Shown: positions 1-13,200 of the stretch, piece by piece
Numbering within the stretch: position 1 is the stretch's first letter
Layout of the letters: every line of letters starts with the position of its first letter
NCBI GenBank assembly: GCA_003971905.1
Contig: RSEE01000021.1
Location: 372,001-436,000 of the forward strand
Direction: 5' to 3'
DNA: 64,000 nucleotides
Source of the DNA: Moniliella sp. 'wahieum'
Lineage: Eukaryota
The notes under the pieces: model-generated
Databases searched by the model: none
What the model was told of the DNA's origin: nothing
What the model saw: only the letters and a program-made list of their open reading frames with translations
Made by a program: the position numbers and the translations under genes

Positions 1-1169
1 TGGTGAGCCGGTGGACTCGATGTGCTCCGTCACAAGCATCTCCCTCAATTACACTTCTTTCATGTTCCTTTGTCTTGTTGGGCTGTTAGTTACATCTCGT
101 ATCATGCGGGGATAACTGTCTTTTGCGTTTTCGTCTTCTCCTGAGAGAAGTCTCCGAGGAAAACCTGTCAGACCTGATGCAGAGATTGTGGCCCCTGCGT
201 GGTGTGTCTGCGCATTATTTTACCTGTCTGCTTCTCTTGGCTTGGCTTGTTTCTGTTGCCGCGTTACTAGTGACTCTCCGTTTTTTGAATCTCGAAGGTC
301 CCTCCCTCCAACCGTGGATCAGCAATCAGATCTTCATTGCGCCTTGATTACATTTAGTTAGTAATTGCCTACAGACATCAGAAGCCCCTGTTATTCGTCA
401 GGCTGAGAGGTCTGAAGATGTCTGTGCACCCGACAATGTACACCGATGCTCGGTCTTTGCGTTCCATTTGTAACAGCTGTGCTCACTTAGTTGGAGGTGG
501 ACGGCCCCGGTAACGGTGGATAAGGCTCCGACTGTTGAGAAATGTACTCGATATATCCCTCCTCTTCTTTGACTCTGTCGTCCCGCACCTGGAACTGGAT
601 GCGTTGTGCATGGCGTGAGGCTAGTCAATGACTAATGATGGCAAACCGATTATTCATTCAGGCCTCAGGAGTGCGTGTGGTGGTGCTTGTTGGTGGGCGG
701 GGCGGGTAATTGCATCTGGATATTGATTCCAGATGGGGTGAGCGGCGAGCGCGCTGAGCAATGATGCCGGTGATGGTGGACCCAGGGAGCAGGGCGGCAG
801 AGATGGCAGAGAGGGGGTCATGCATGTCAATATTCAATCGATGACGTTGGATCAGATCTCAGATGCGGCCACAATCTGAAAGGTGCACATCCCCCAGACT
901 GGCGCAGTGCGGGGCGGGGCGGGGGCTAGGGTTGGCGTGCTGCGCATGCTGATGGGCATCGAGGAGTGCGGCTGCGTTGATGGCATCGATAGCTGAGATC
1001 AGAGATCTGATAACCGATCCCCGGCAGCTCTGCTCCACGATGCGGCCATCCAATGCCCATCCTCCGCCCGTGCCGGCCTCTTTGCCCGCCGCGTCGGCTG
1101 CGCCTTTGTCCGTCTCGCGTCGCCTCGCCTCCTTTCTCCTCCCCGCCGCCATCTTCCCCCCCCGACGCC

Positions 1170-2879
1170 ATGGCCCATCCCGCCCTCATGACCTGGGCGC
1201 CCCCCGCCGCTCCCGCCCCTGTGGCGTATGCGCCCCCGCCCCCATCCGCCGTCTCTGCCCCGCCCCCGCGCCGAGGACGCCCCCGCGGTCGGCATCAACA
1301 GCGGCCAAGACGACGACACGAGCCAAGCGCAAGCCCGCTTCGTCCCGCACCCCCCAAGCCACGGGCCTGCCCGCCCCCTTTCCCCCCGTGCCCATGCCTG
1401 TGGGCGAGGTACTGAATGCGTTGGCTGGCGCGGTCGCCATGACCGCATCCGTACTCACCGTGCCCCCCCAGCTGCGCCAGTTGTCTCCCCTCTGACCGAA
1501 CTCGATGAGGCGGGGGCGGAGGAGCTGACCCGCTCCAAGCCTGGCCGCAAACCACTGAACGATGTACCGGCTACCCGACGCACCGCACAGAATCGTGCTT
1601 CGCAGCGCGCCTTTCGTGAACGCCGCCAAGCGCATCTTGCCGATCTAGAGGGGAAGGTGAAGCGGTACGAAGCGGAACGTGGAGCGATTGCTTCGCAGCT
1701 TTCCATCCTAGCTCAGCGCGTGAGGGAGGAAACTCCACGGGTGTATGCGTTGGAAACGGCCCTTGTGGCTCGCGACCAAGAAATTTCGCATTGGCAAGCT
1801 CGGTGCACCGACTTGAGTCGGGCCTTGGATGCGGTTCAGGCGGCGGTACGCAACTCGATGCCAGACAAGCCCCCGGTCGCCTCCAGCGAAACCCAGGCCA
1901 GTCTCTCGGCCCTCGGCACCTCCGCGCCGCTCCCTCGAGACGGTCACCACCCCCACGGCTTCATCCACCACCCTGTCCCCCTCGCCGCCTGGGCCGAAGC
2001 GACGGGAGACGGCGAGTGCAATCATGCCAACGGCACTTACCATGCCCAATGGTGGGGTTGGTGTGTGGACCAGCTTGCCTCCGTTGGACGCGCCTGGCGC
2101 CACCGAGGACGGCAAGTGGTGTGGTGGGTGCGTCAAAGGCGGGGAATGTGCTTCGCGGGGATGGGATCATCGACTTTGATGCGGGTGCGCCAGTAGCCGT
2201 CGCCACTGGAACCGATGCCGTGCCACTTCGTCAGAAGCGCAGCAAGGCTTCCGACACAAAACTGTGGTTGGTGCAGCCGTGCAGCGAAGAGGCAACCGTC
2301 GCCCCTGCGAGCGAGGTCCCCCAGTGCTCGGGCGATCCCCGCACCTGTGGTGCCTGTGGTACCGACCCGGGTCTGGCTGCGTTCTGCGAGGCGGTGAATG
2401 AGGAGGAACGAGGTGGAGATGTGCCCGTGGCAGCCCGCCTTGCCCGCCCGCCTAGCCCTTCGGGCGTGGAGGAAGGCGAGCAGGAAGCGTCGGTACCCGA
2501 GGCGTGGCGGCAGCTCCGCTCCCACCCCCACTTTGCCTCCTTTACGCATGACGACCGCGCGGGGCTCAACTTGCTTGCCGACGTGGTGGCTGGCCGGCAT
2601 GCGCTTCTTACCGTCCCAGACGCAGGAAGTGCGCGTGCGAGCTCGTCGGAGCCACTGGCGCGTCGCAAGCGACGCCGGGTCCATGTGGATCGCGATGGAA
2701 TCCGAAATGCGTTGGCGCTCTTGGACAGTGGCGCCTGGCCTGCAAGCCGAGCCACGACACCCCCTTCCCCTACTGCTGCCTCGACCAAGTCGCTGTTGAA
2801 AGCGAATGGACACGGAAGAACGATGTGGATGCTACTCTCTTGCTCCACTACTACTACTGCCACACTGGACACTGCGTGA
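1170..2879 (+). CDS. HapX-like bZIP transcription factor with Cys-rich regions (frameshifted in this assembly)
   Basis: Basic region KPGRKP...RRTAQNRASQRAFRERRQAHLADLE in ORF 1228..2196. Cys clusters WCGGCVKGGEC and CSGDPRTCGACGTDPGLAAFC, and the C-terminal AWRQLRSHPHF (ORF 1791..2879), match the HapX layout. Start at ATG 1170 is inferred. Confidence 0.75.
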
Positions 2880-4675
2880 AGACTTAAGTATTATGTCTAC
2901 AAAAATCTTGTTTATCGATCTATCCGGAGCCCCTCCGGCCCTCATTCTGCTTCGACCAGCTGTGGTTGGTCCCTGCAGAAGAGACAGGAAGCAGTGCACA
3001 GACAGGAAGAGTCGGATAGTACATAGATAGAGCCTTGGAGGCCTTGTTAGGTGGTGGATTAAACCACAGAGTCCCCTCGCCGGCTCCCATCAGACACGAA
3101 GCATTCTCAGCTGTGGTTCGGGCTGCCGTCGTCAATCCGATGGTCTACGAGTGGCGCCAGGCCTCCCCATCTGCCCCAACCCGAGATCACGCTCTCCACC
3201 AGAACAGCTATCAGCAAGGAATTCGTGAATTTGTCCTGGCCCACTTGGGCGCCAAACGCACACTTCTTCCCCGCCCATTCCGTCCACTGGAGAGGGCCGA
3301 GGCGGGATTCCGATGTGCCATAGGAGGCTGGCTCGGGCGCGGGTATACGAGGCAACACGACGACAGGCAAGGGGGGTCGAGCCTGCGCCAGCTGTGCCTG
3401 ACCCACGTGTACGGGCCCAACCCGCCTGCGACCGGCTTCTGTGCGCTCTGCCCAATCCCATCCGCCTGCACCCGTACCAGGAGTTGAGGAGCATCGCGTC
3501 GAAGAGAGAGCCGGATTGGCCGGCACGCGCTCGGTACGAAGGACACCAAAACGGGGATGGGAGCAACGAGGGTTCCGGCGCGGGAGGATGGGGCCGCAGT
3601 CGGGGCCGAGGCAGGTTCAGCGCGTTGGACGATACTGCGCAGAGGAGAGAGGGCTTTGGGCCTGCACGAACCGCAGCTTCATACGCTACTAGAGGCGGTC
3701 ACCGTGCTAGATTGTCTCCACGTTGCTTGCTTTCGGTGTGGGCGCACCACAGGCCAGGGAGGATACGTTGAATAAGAACGTGACAGTGGGCATGGGCGTG
3801 GGCATGGCGTGGGCGTGTGCGTGGCGCACTGCCCAGGCCCAAGTCAGTAACAACGGGTCAGCACGGGGTCCTTACCCGGGGTGCCGACCCTTCCCTCTGG
3901 CGCGGACTTACCGCCAGTCGAGTCAGGGACAGACGAGGCCTCTGTTCGTCGCGTACGTGCGGGCACTCAAGAAGTGGGTGTGCGCTGCGGTCCGGATGAG
4001 GGTCGGGATCGAGGGCGGTGGGGCACAGGACCGGAGCAGGCGCCAGCCCAGTCCCGTCCCTCTTGCTCTCAGCCTGGAGCTTGGCCTTGGCTCCACGCGA
4101 CGCGGGGGGACGAGCTAATGCGTCGGCGGGCGGTGCGGAAACGTCGATCTGCAACGTGACCCACCAGGATACGACGACATCCCCTAGCGAGCAAGGTCTA
4201 GTCTAGCATGCCCTGATCAACGTCAATCCCCCTCCCGGCAACCGCGCCCCCGACCACGCATGTGACGGGGACGAGGCTGCCACGGGCAAAAGCACCAAGG
4301 CACGGTCCTGGTGCGAGGCACAGCCGCCTGCTCGCCCTGTCGCCGCCACGGTTTGTCTCAAATTGCACGGCGGGTGTGGCCTGATGGGCCGTTCGCGTTC
4401 GTGCAGCCTCTGGACCCGTGGGCCCAGAGCAGTCAAGGCGGATGATGTGTGAATAAGTAATACGATGGGGGGGTTCATGAGATTCCGGCCGGCGGAGGGA
4501 GAACGAATGAAGATGGAAAACTGACTGAGTGGGGACAAAGCAGGAAGGAGTGAGGAATGGGGAATGGGGAGTGGGGAATGGGGAATGGGGAATGGGGGGG
4601 AAGGGGAGATACTGGGAGCGCGCGGGGGGGAAGGTGTGCAAAGATGGGGGGTGAATTGGTAAAAAAAAAGGGAGC

Positions 4676-7600
4676 TCAATGCAAAGCGAGGGGAAGAGGG
4701 GTGGGTACTTTGGTTGGATGCGGGGGGGGGGGGCAGCCGACAAGACGAGGCGAGGGGACGAGCGTCGGACTGAGGCTCAGGGTCCCGAAACTGCGTGCTG
4801 GGTGACGAGAGGCTATCGTCCGTTGCGCCCGAGGTGGGGTAGGAACTGGGGTGGAGAGGGGCGTCAGCGTGCTGAGCACGCCCTCGAGGTGAAAGCCGAT
4901 ATGGACAACAAAGAGCGTGGCATGCGGCAACGGATTCAGATAGGCATCGTACAAGGGCAGGTGATGGATCCTCGGCCAAGGAACCAACGCTGGCCATGTG
5001 TGCTGCGGCCAAGACTCGTCCGGCCTCGCCGTCCTCGGACGAGGACCGGTGCCGGAGCGGGGAGAGCAGCTTGGATTTCCGCAGCTCTTCTTCCGCATGG
5101 GACCAGACTTGGAACCGGACAAAGGCGAGATCGAGCAGGCCGCCCGTCAAACTCCCGATGCTCCGATCCCCGGCCAGCGCCATGCCAGGTGCAAGCGGCA
5201 CGTCCAACGGTACCGACAACTCTTCGTCCCAGCGCGGGTTGAAGCCGTTGCGGTGCACGACCTGCGTACTTTCTTTCTCGGCTCCCTCGCCACTTTCGCG
5301 CCGCATCAGCTTGGGCAGCCGGGCGGGCGAGAGCGAACGTTGTTCGCCCCATTGGGGCGGGGTATGCAACGCAAGCGACACGGACGGCGACAACAGCTCT
5401 TCCTCCACCCGGGGTAAAAGTTGGGCCGAGATGACATGAACCACGAGGCGAATGCGTACCTTGGCCGCACTCTCGTACGGATCGCGCAGCGCACGAGGCT
5501 TGAGCACGTACCCAGCCGCCGCGTTGCGCGCAAAGAGCGCATGGGACAGCTCCAAGCCCAAGTCGCTCGTTTGCCAATTGAGCGCCACCTGCTGACACCC
5601 GGCCATCCAGAACGCCAGCGGATCTGGGTTGGCCGACGTGTGTTTGCCCCGGGCTACATTGCTCATGAGCGACGGGTAGATGCGCACGAGGTGAGTCCGA
5701 GCGTGGCCCAAGAGCTGGGGCAAATGTTTGCGCGCCCCAGCTTCGGAGAAACTGATCATCTGTTCCGGCGCCGGGGCAAAGCCACGAAACTTGACGCCGA
5801 CCGTGTAGACCAAGAGCTCGGCAAGCCGCGGCGACAGGGCGCGTTTGGTCGAGCGCAATTTTCGTCCGAGACGTCGCAAGCTGTCGTCCGATGTGGACGC
5901 ATCGTCCGACACACTGCATCCTTCGCTCGACGAGGTCAGCACCGGAGCCAGCGGCAACTCTTCCTCCCCGGCCGTCAAGGGCGAGGGACAAGGGGAGAGG
6001 GTGAACGAGGGCGAAGGCGATACGGTGCTGGGCGCATGCACAGAATGGGCTTGCACGTTCTTGGCCTTGATCAGAATCCGCCCTTGCAGTTCCCGCGGCG
6101 AGGGGAGATTAGGCGCATGGGCCGAGTACGGTAGACGCTGGGTGAGCAGGGCGGGGCCCAACTCGGCGCGCAGGATGGAAGCAAGGCTGTCCTGTTGTTG
6201 CAGCGTGTTGTGCACCTCGAGGCAGAGGATGAGAGGCCAAGGCGAAGCAGCAAACGCATAGCGTGCCACGGCCCGGAGCGCATCCCGGATTCCCAATCGC
6301 GTCGTCAACGTTCGGCCGTGAGTAACCAGGGGTTCTCCATGAGGCCCATCCCAACAATCAATCTCGATCGATCGGGCGCCGGCCTGGAGCGCACGCACCA
6401 AGCCCTGGACCTCGCTTCCTCCGACCAATTGACCGGACACGAGGTAGGTGTTGTGGCTGGCCGCAATAAAGTACTCGTTCAGGGGACGGTCCATATCATG
6501 GGCACAGGCATCCGCATGAACCGCCCGTTTGGAAGGGTCGGGGCAGCGAGGGCCAAGAGCGCCTCGGGGGTATGCGCAGACAGTCGTTGAGCATCCAGAT
6601 GGGACTGAGCTTGGATGCTCGGCAACGCCCAAGGTGCGTACCGATCGGCAATGGCACAATTGTCTGCGCTCAGCAAAAAGTTGGTAAACCCGTCCAGTGT
6701 CAACAAGCCAGTTTCTGCATCAGCGAACCGGCGGAACAGCATGGACAGGGCATCGTCTTTCAAGACCATCTGAGGGCAAGAAGGGTCAGTCAACCTCGTT
6801 TGGGGCAACATACGCCTATACATAGGTCGAACCGGGAGGAAGGAAAACACACCTTTTGTTCTTGCGCCAGAAAACACCCAAATTCATGCTGGTTCATCCC
6901 AGTGTTCGAACCAGACCAAGCACCATAGATGGCGTCGACCTCAGGTCGGTACGTTAGCAGGCGGACAAAGACTTGGAACTGGGCAAAGTCAAGTGTGCCA
7001 GCCGCATTGGTGTCGGCCTTGGCGAAGAGGGCAGCGAGGGTAGACTGGGGAGCATGGATGCCGAGTTGGCGACAGAGGCGCGCAGTGGCTGCCAGGCCTA
7101 AGCGCTCGCCGGGGGCAGGGGGAGGGGCGAGGAGCGCGGCATGAGGCGGGACGGCTGCCTTGGGCAGACGCAAGAGCGCAGGGGGGAGAGGGAGGTGGGC
7201 GCAGTCAGGGGCGGAGCTGGAGTAGAGCCGAGGAGAGCGTGCTTGGCGAGCAGGAGGAGCTGGAGCGCACGTCGCCAGCAGGCAAAGCTCTCGTCCGACA
7301 AGGCAATGAGGTGGAGCTGCTTGTCGGCGGGCGGGTCGCCCGGCCGAGCAAAGGCGCGATACGAGACGGTAATCCACCTGGGTTCATGGGCAGCCGAGAT
7401 ACTGAGGGCCTCGCGGTCTGCCGCCGCCGCAGCGCCGGCACGAACAGACACGAGAGAGGCGAGGGTGACGCGGTTGGACTTTTTGCTGGCCCACGTCATC
7501 TCGCCAGCGACAGCGTCAAGCCGAAAGCGGAAAAAACGTTGGCGGACCTTGCGCGTAGTGACTTTGAGCAGCATCCCCACTCTTGGGGGGGAGGGCGGCA

Positions 7601-8113
7601 GAGCGGGCGGTGTGAGAGGATGGGGCAGGGGCGGAGCGGAAGCTGGCAATGCGAGCATCCGAGGAGCGACGGCGGGCTAGTGGGATGAGCGGCGGGACGG
7701 CGCAGAGCCCGGGGGGGGAGGAGGTGGCGGGGGTGAAGGCGACGGGCGAGGGACATGGGGCTGTCGATGTCAGGTAGCGTCGCTGCTCGGGCAGGGAAGT
7801 GGAGCCGGGGAGGGGGTTGAGGATGAGGATGGGAATGAGACGGAGGCTGAGGGGGAAGGTGCGGAGGAGGATGCGAAGGGGACGGAGAAGGCGAATGGGA
7901 TGAAGGGATGGGGCAGGCGTCGGCGTCGGCGTCGGGAGGAGGCGGGCGACGCGGAGGGCGCGGCAGAGACGGCTGGGTGGAGGACATGGGCGCGGGGCCA
8001 AGGCTGGGCTCGGACTGCGGCGGAGGATGGACGAAGACATGGCGAGGGACAAGGCGGCGCGAGTGCGGGGGGTGGAGGTCATGTGCGCCGGGTGGGGGGG
8101 CGGGGGGGGACAT
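4676..8113 (-). CDS. PLC1: Phosphoinositide-specific phospholipase C (PH, EF-hand, X/Y and C2 domains)
   Basis: PH-like MLLKVTTRKVRQRFFRFRLD; EF-hand LFAKADTNAAGTLDFAQF; X box SHNTYL, EIDCWDG, HGRTLT; Y box HLVRIYP, GCQQVALNWQT; C2 NGFNPRWDEE. Intron 6770..6852; several frameshifts. Confidence 0.92.
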
Positions 8114-10476
8114 GGGGGGGGGGGAGAGGTGGTGGGAGAGGTGGTGGGAAATGGGGGTGGAAGAGGGGGTGGGAGAGAGATGGCAGGAGAGAGGTGGCGG
8201 AGTGATAGCAGAGAGTGGCAAAAAAAGGCAGGCGGGCGGCGCAGAGGAGAAGCAGCGATGGAGGCGGCTGGGCTGGGGGTGGGGGTGGGAGTGCCGGTGC
8301 GGTGTCCTACGGCGACTGGAGACGGAGCGGCGAGTCCGGAGTGGGGCTACGGAGAGCAGCACCGAGTGAGCAGACAGGATGAAAAGAGGAAACGGGCAAT
8401 GATGATCGATGAATGACGCAACCGCGTCTCCAACCCAGCGCCTGCCGCCGAGAAGAGCGCTGCGCAACTCACAGAGTGCAGCCCAACGCTGGGCCGCAAC
8501 CCTCCAGGCGCAGGACCGCACACGAGCCTAAGCGCCGCGGCGCCAATACGCGGCGCCCAGGCGCTGCTGCTCTCCAGCAGACGCCCCAGCGGCTCTGGGC
8601 TGCTTCTGGGTTGTGAGTCAGATTCTGATTCGGATCTTCCAGCTCGCTTTTGTTTTTTCTCTTTCAAAAGCCGCGGGCACGCCGAGGCCCTGGGCACTCC
8701 ACGGGGGATACGTGGAGTAGTGACTACTGACTACGGCGCTCCGCCCGCACTGGCACCCTGTGGGCCTCAGCCTCAGCGCTCAGCGCTCAGCTCAGCGCCC
8801 CCAGCGCCTCAGCCATGTTAGCGTTCCCGTTGCCAGATACGCCGGCCCCGGCACCGCGCCACACCGCACGCGTCACCCGTCCGTCGCTGGCCGCGTCAAC
8901 GACGCGAACTTTTAACGTTCCCCTGCCCAGCCCTCTGCGTCATACATCGCGGCCCGCCTCCACACTCCACCTGACACTGCCCCCCGCCGCCTGCTTCCCA
9001 GCTCCGAAGCTCCTCTGCCGTGCCAGCCAACGCGCAGCGAAGGCGGCAAACGCCTATGCCGAAAGCCCATGGTATGTGGCCCAATGCATAAGGCCCACGC
9101 CTAACGCCTATAAGACCTACGGCCTAAGGCCGACTAGTAATCGAGTATCAAAGCGCCTAAGATCTAAGACCAAAGGCCGATACAGGCAAGGCAAGGCCAG
9201 GCACATAGGCGGGGCAAGCACACGTAAGCGTGCGAGCCGACTGGCCTGTCGTCTCGCTCCTCTCCCAACCGCCACAGCAGCCCAAGTCGGGCCGGACCAG
9301 CCCGAGGTGATGTGTGAGCGTAGAAAGGCGTGGACACTGGCCGCCTGCCTTCCCTCGCTTTTGATCATCAACATAATATCATCATCACACTGTCATGCAT
9401 CTGCATCAGCGGTCGCATGTTACATCAGACCAAAGCCTACGTATCGTATCGACAGGCAATACAAAGACCCCATTCGCGTGCGATCAGTCGCTGATCAGGG
9501 CGCTCAGCCCCAGAGCGCCTCAGCGCCTCTGCCTTCTCCACAAAGCAGTCGCTCCAATCGTAAATCATGAATCAACAAGCAACGAGCCAATCAACAATCC
9601 TTAATCACCAAGCTTATCCACCGCCCACAGCCCATCCGACTCCGCCTCAGTCACCAGTGACATGTGGCGCCAGTGACATTCACCGGCACTCCCCTCCTCT
9701 CCGGCTCTTCCCCTCCCCTGCGCCGCACGCCGCTGGCCAATTCGTCTTATCGGTTAGCAAGATGGCCCGCTCTCCCTTGTCTTTTTGTCTGTCCCCCGCC
9801 GCGCGCACACCACAGCCCAACCCCACGCAACACAGCGCATGGACAGAGTCGCAACCTCCGCGCTGCAGCTCAGCGCCTCTCCTGCCCCCCTCCCCCACGG
9901 AGCCCCTCGGATCTCACAATCGCACCGTGCATTCGATCACGCTCCTCTGGCGTCAATGCAATCAATATATGTCCCTGGTCTTCATCCGTCCCTCTCATTC
10001 ATCGGTTTAACGTTTACGTTTGCACCATGTGCCCACACACCATCTATCGTGTCGTGAACGTCGATGACGCGACGCAGTATAGACTGATGCACCGTAGCAC
10101 CATCAGTTGCATCAGCGGCCACTGGTCAGCTCAGACAGTCAAAACGACAACCGGGAAAGTCTGCTTGCCAGTAGTTCCCAAGCTCGGTCAGTCACGAGGT
10201 GGACAGGCAGGAGAAGGGGAAGAGGAGAAGTGACGCGAGAGGAGGGAAAAGAGTTTGTGGTGCTATTACTCACTGCAGCGTCAGTGGTACCTTCTAGGTC
10301 TGGGCCTATGCCTAGTACTGTGCCTGTGTCATTGTACCGTGCCTAGTATTATATGGAACTAGCATGCCACGTTGGACGAGCCCTGTGTTGATGTTGAGGC
10401 ACTGTCGCCAGCCGGATTGGCACGCTGGCACACCACACCCAATTAGTTGTACAACTCGCTCCTAGCCGTGGTGAGC

Positions 10477-12602
10477 TCAGACGCACGGACCCACCTCACT
10501 GTCTCCAGCGGCCGTTCGTGAGGTGGTGGCGTAGTTGCATGCGACGGACCAACGCCTCAAGAATGCTTGTGGCTTGCCCCTTGGACACCAGCGGCCGTGT
10601 CCAGGGATAGCGAGTAAATTCGTCGACCGTGACAGGCGCATCGACGTGCCCCTCCCCGCTTGGGCAGGGGATGTCGACCTCCGCGAGGTGGAGGAGAGAG
10701 AAAGTGCGACAGGTCCGCCCTCGGCCGGCCGTCGCTGGTTGGGGGGCGCAGTGACTCGAGATAAGGCACAGGAAGCACAACCCCATGACGACCGTACCAG
10801 GCCAACGTCGCCAAGCGTGACGCGTTCCTCCCCTGGCTCGTCCGACATGAGTACTGAGTGTGCGAAGTTGATTGGGCGATGCATGGTGCCACAGCGCGTG
10901 TGCGCATTCCACACCTTGACCAGGGCTGCATCGATCGTAGTGGGGTAGATGACTCTGGGGGTGGTGCGGGTAGGTGCGAGTGGGCGAGGAAGGGAATAAG
11001 TGGTGTAGTGTCTCCGCAGCGAGACGCTTGGGTTCGCTGCTCTTCGTCTGAGGAAGACAGCTTGGCCGCCGGGAGTGATCCAGCTGCGGATGCCGGCAAC
11101 CGAAAGATGACCTGGTCTGAGGAAATTTGTGGATGACGGGGGACAGTAGAAGCTGTCTTCAGTTAGGAGGATGTGGATAGGGGGTTCGGTTTGCGTGGGG
11201 ACATAACAAAAGACGGTTGCCAGTGCTCTCAGTGTACGTGACTGCCAGTTTGCCACCCGCGACAGGCGCGCGGTGAGGACGAAGATGGATAAACGCACTT
11301 TGGTTGTTATTGAATACAGATGGCTGGACGCCTGCTGAATCGTGTCGCGCAATAGGCTGGTTTACTGGACGGGCACCCCGTCTCGTTCGGAATGATCGCT
11401 GCGGGGTGCAGAGGTGGTAGGTATCGCAGCTACGGCCTGTGCCGACTAAGGGCATGTGACCCGACTGAACCGACGGCGACAGGAGCTGCCGCGACAAGGG
11501 CCAAGCCCGCACTGCCCGCGATGGGCTCCGTTTCCGCTCGTTGAGATGCGCACCGTGGTTATGGAGGGAGCAACAGTCGGGGGGGGCGGACGTCGGCGCT
11601 GCCGTGGCTCGATCGCCACAGGTAGCATTATCGAGCTTGCTTACAGCCTTGCATAGAGATCGCTTTAGCCATTCCTGGTCTGTGACCCCCCCCACTCAGC
11701 ATATGGGCGCCAGCGGAGCTTTGTCCAGCTTGATCGTCGAGGTTAGCTCGAATTGGGACAGCTGTGGTAAACTCGTTTATAGGTATTGCCGACCGGGTTG
11801 GCACCCATTGAGGTGAATCACCTTGCTTAACAGATTATGCAGCTCCCGGTCAGAGGCGGTGCCATACAAGTCACGCAGTGCGTGAGAGTATGCCGAGCCA
11901 AGAGCCGGGTGTCGGCCTGAATGTGGCCTGCGTAATAACCTCATTGTCCATCGACGGGAGCAAGATGTTGGCCAGATGAGCGTCCAGGCTTGTTGTATCC
12001 ATTCAGGGCTCTACCTTGCTCTAGATGTTCACGCGCTCGTGGGATGATCCTAAGCCGGGGAACGAAAAGTGTAGTTCATATATGGAAAACGAACCATGAA
12101 CATGCAGTTGCTCGTGGTAGGGAAAACCACAGGACGAATGGCTTCGCGGATGAGCTCAGTGTCAGGGTTATGGTCCCAAAGGGTTCTTGTAGTGGCTTCA
12201 AGTTGGCCTCGAGGGACAGACGGCAGCCTCGCCAGCACGTCGAGTCGATGGAAACCCCGTGTGAGAGGTAACAAGCGGTTGCTGGAATTGCTCCAGGGTG
12301 AAATGCGAATACTGGAAAGGGGAAACGGGGCGAAGGACAAAACTTGGCAATGTCGAAGATGTCGGCCAGGACCCCGCCCGGTCCCTGGGAAGCTGATTGC
12401 AACTTCGGGATGGTTATCCGCGATGTGTGCGTGATGGCGACGACTTGTGCGGAGCGCTTGTCGGGGGCGGGAGTGATTGAGGGGTAGGTATGGAGAAGTC
12501 AAGGCTTTCTGGTGAGTGTGAAGGCACACGGATTTCGATTGTAATTTTTGTTAGACAGAAGAAGTCAAGGTATTGGAGAGAAACCTCTGGAGAAGTAGAC
12601 AA
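10477..12602 (-). CDS. Possible hypothetical protein in fragmented ORFs
   Basis: Chain of overlapping minus-strand ORFs (12414..12602, 12076..12402, 12050..12529, 11159..11695, 10477..11352) with protein-like composition but no recognised motif. Confidence 0.3.
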
Positions 12603-13200
12603 TGCAACGCGGCGATGGTGGTAGGTTGAAGTTGAGGTCTAAGGCTAAGGCTAAGACCCTCATGCAACACCGTGAAGAGACAAGGAATTGAATATGCCGG
12701 GAGATACGTGTAGGTTTCTGGGAAGCGAAGTTAAGAAGGGGCAAAAGGGGGATAATCGATAAGGCGCCAAGCGTGGTCTGCGTACGCCACCGTAACAGCT
12801 TTCGACGGCATCAACACCTGGGCTGTGATCTGTAACTGGCATTGTTTCCCCCGGCGAGAGCCACCTGTCGCACTAGTAGGCTCCTACGTTCCAACCTCAA
12901 GCCATTCCTAACCGTTTGGGAGTGCTGCCCTTTATTACTCTTGTGTTGCGCTTGCCCACTTCCCTCCCTCGAGAGTAGTTATCAATCGACCTAGAATGAG
13001 TGCGAGAAGGGAGAGCCGAATCAGATGCGTGAAACAAGAAACAGGCACAAGCAGGCGCTGACATGCGGAGCGCCAGCATCAACAACCGCGTTGACCGAGA
13101 GGACAATAGCGACATAGCTCTCTGACACAAAGGCATATCTTCGGCCGCTCCATCCTACCTGGTTACAGCACCTTAGCCTTTATGCTCGCTTTGCACCTCC

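Noticed and set aside
2920..4200. Overlapping short ORFs between the HapX-like gene and PLC1
   Set aside because: No recognisable domain and the strand is ambiguous. A small gene is possible but unsupported.
4555..4600. (GGGGAAT)n heptamer run, possible telomere-like or G-quadruplex repeat
   Set aside because: A short run in the PLC1 3' region. It is not TTAGGG and does not follow the TNA palindromic rule.
8696..8718. Small hairpin ACTCCACG-ggggata-CGTGGAGT upstream of PLC1
   Set aside because: A single 8-bp stem is plausible by chance in GC-rich DNA.
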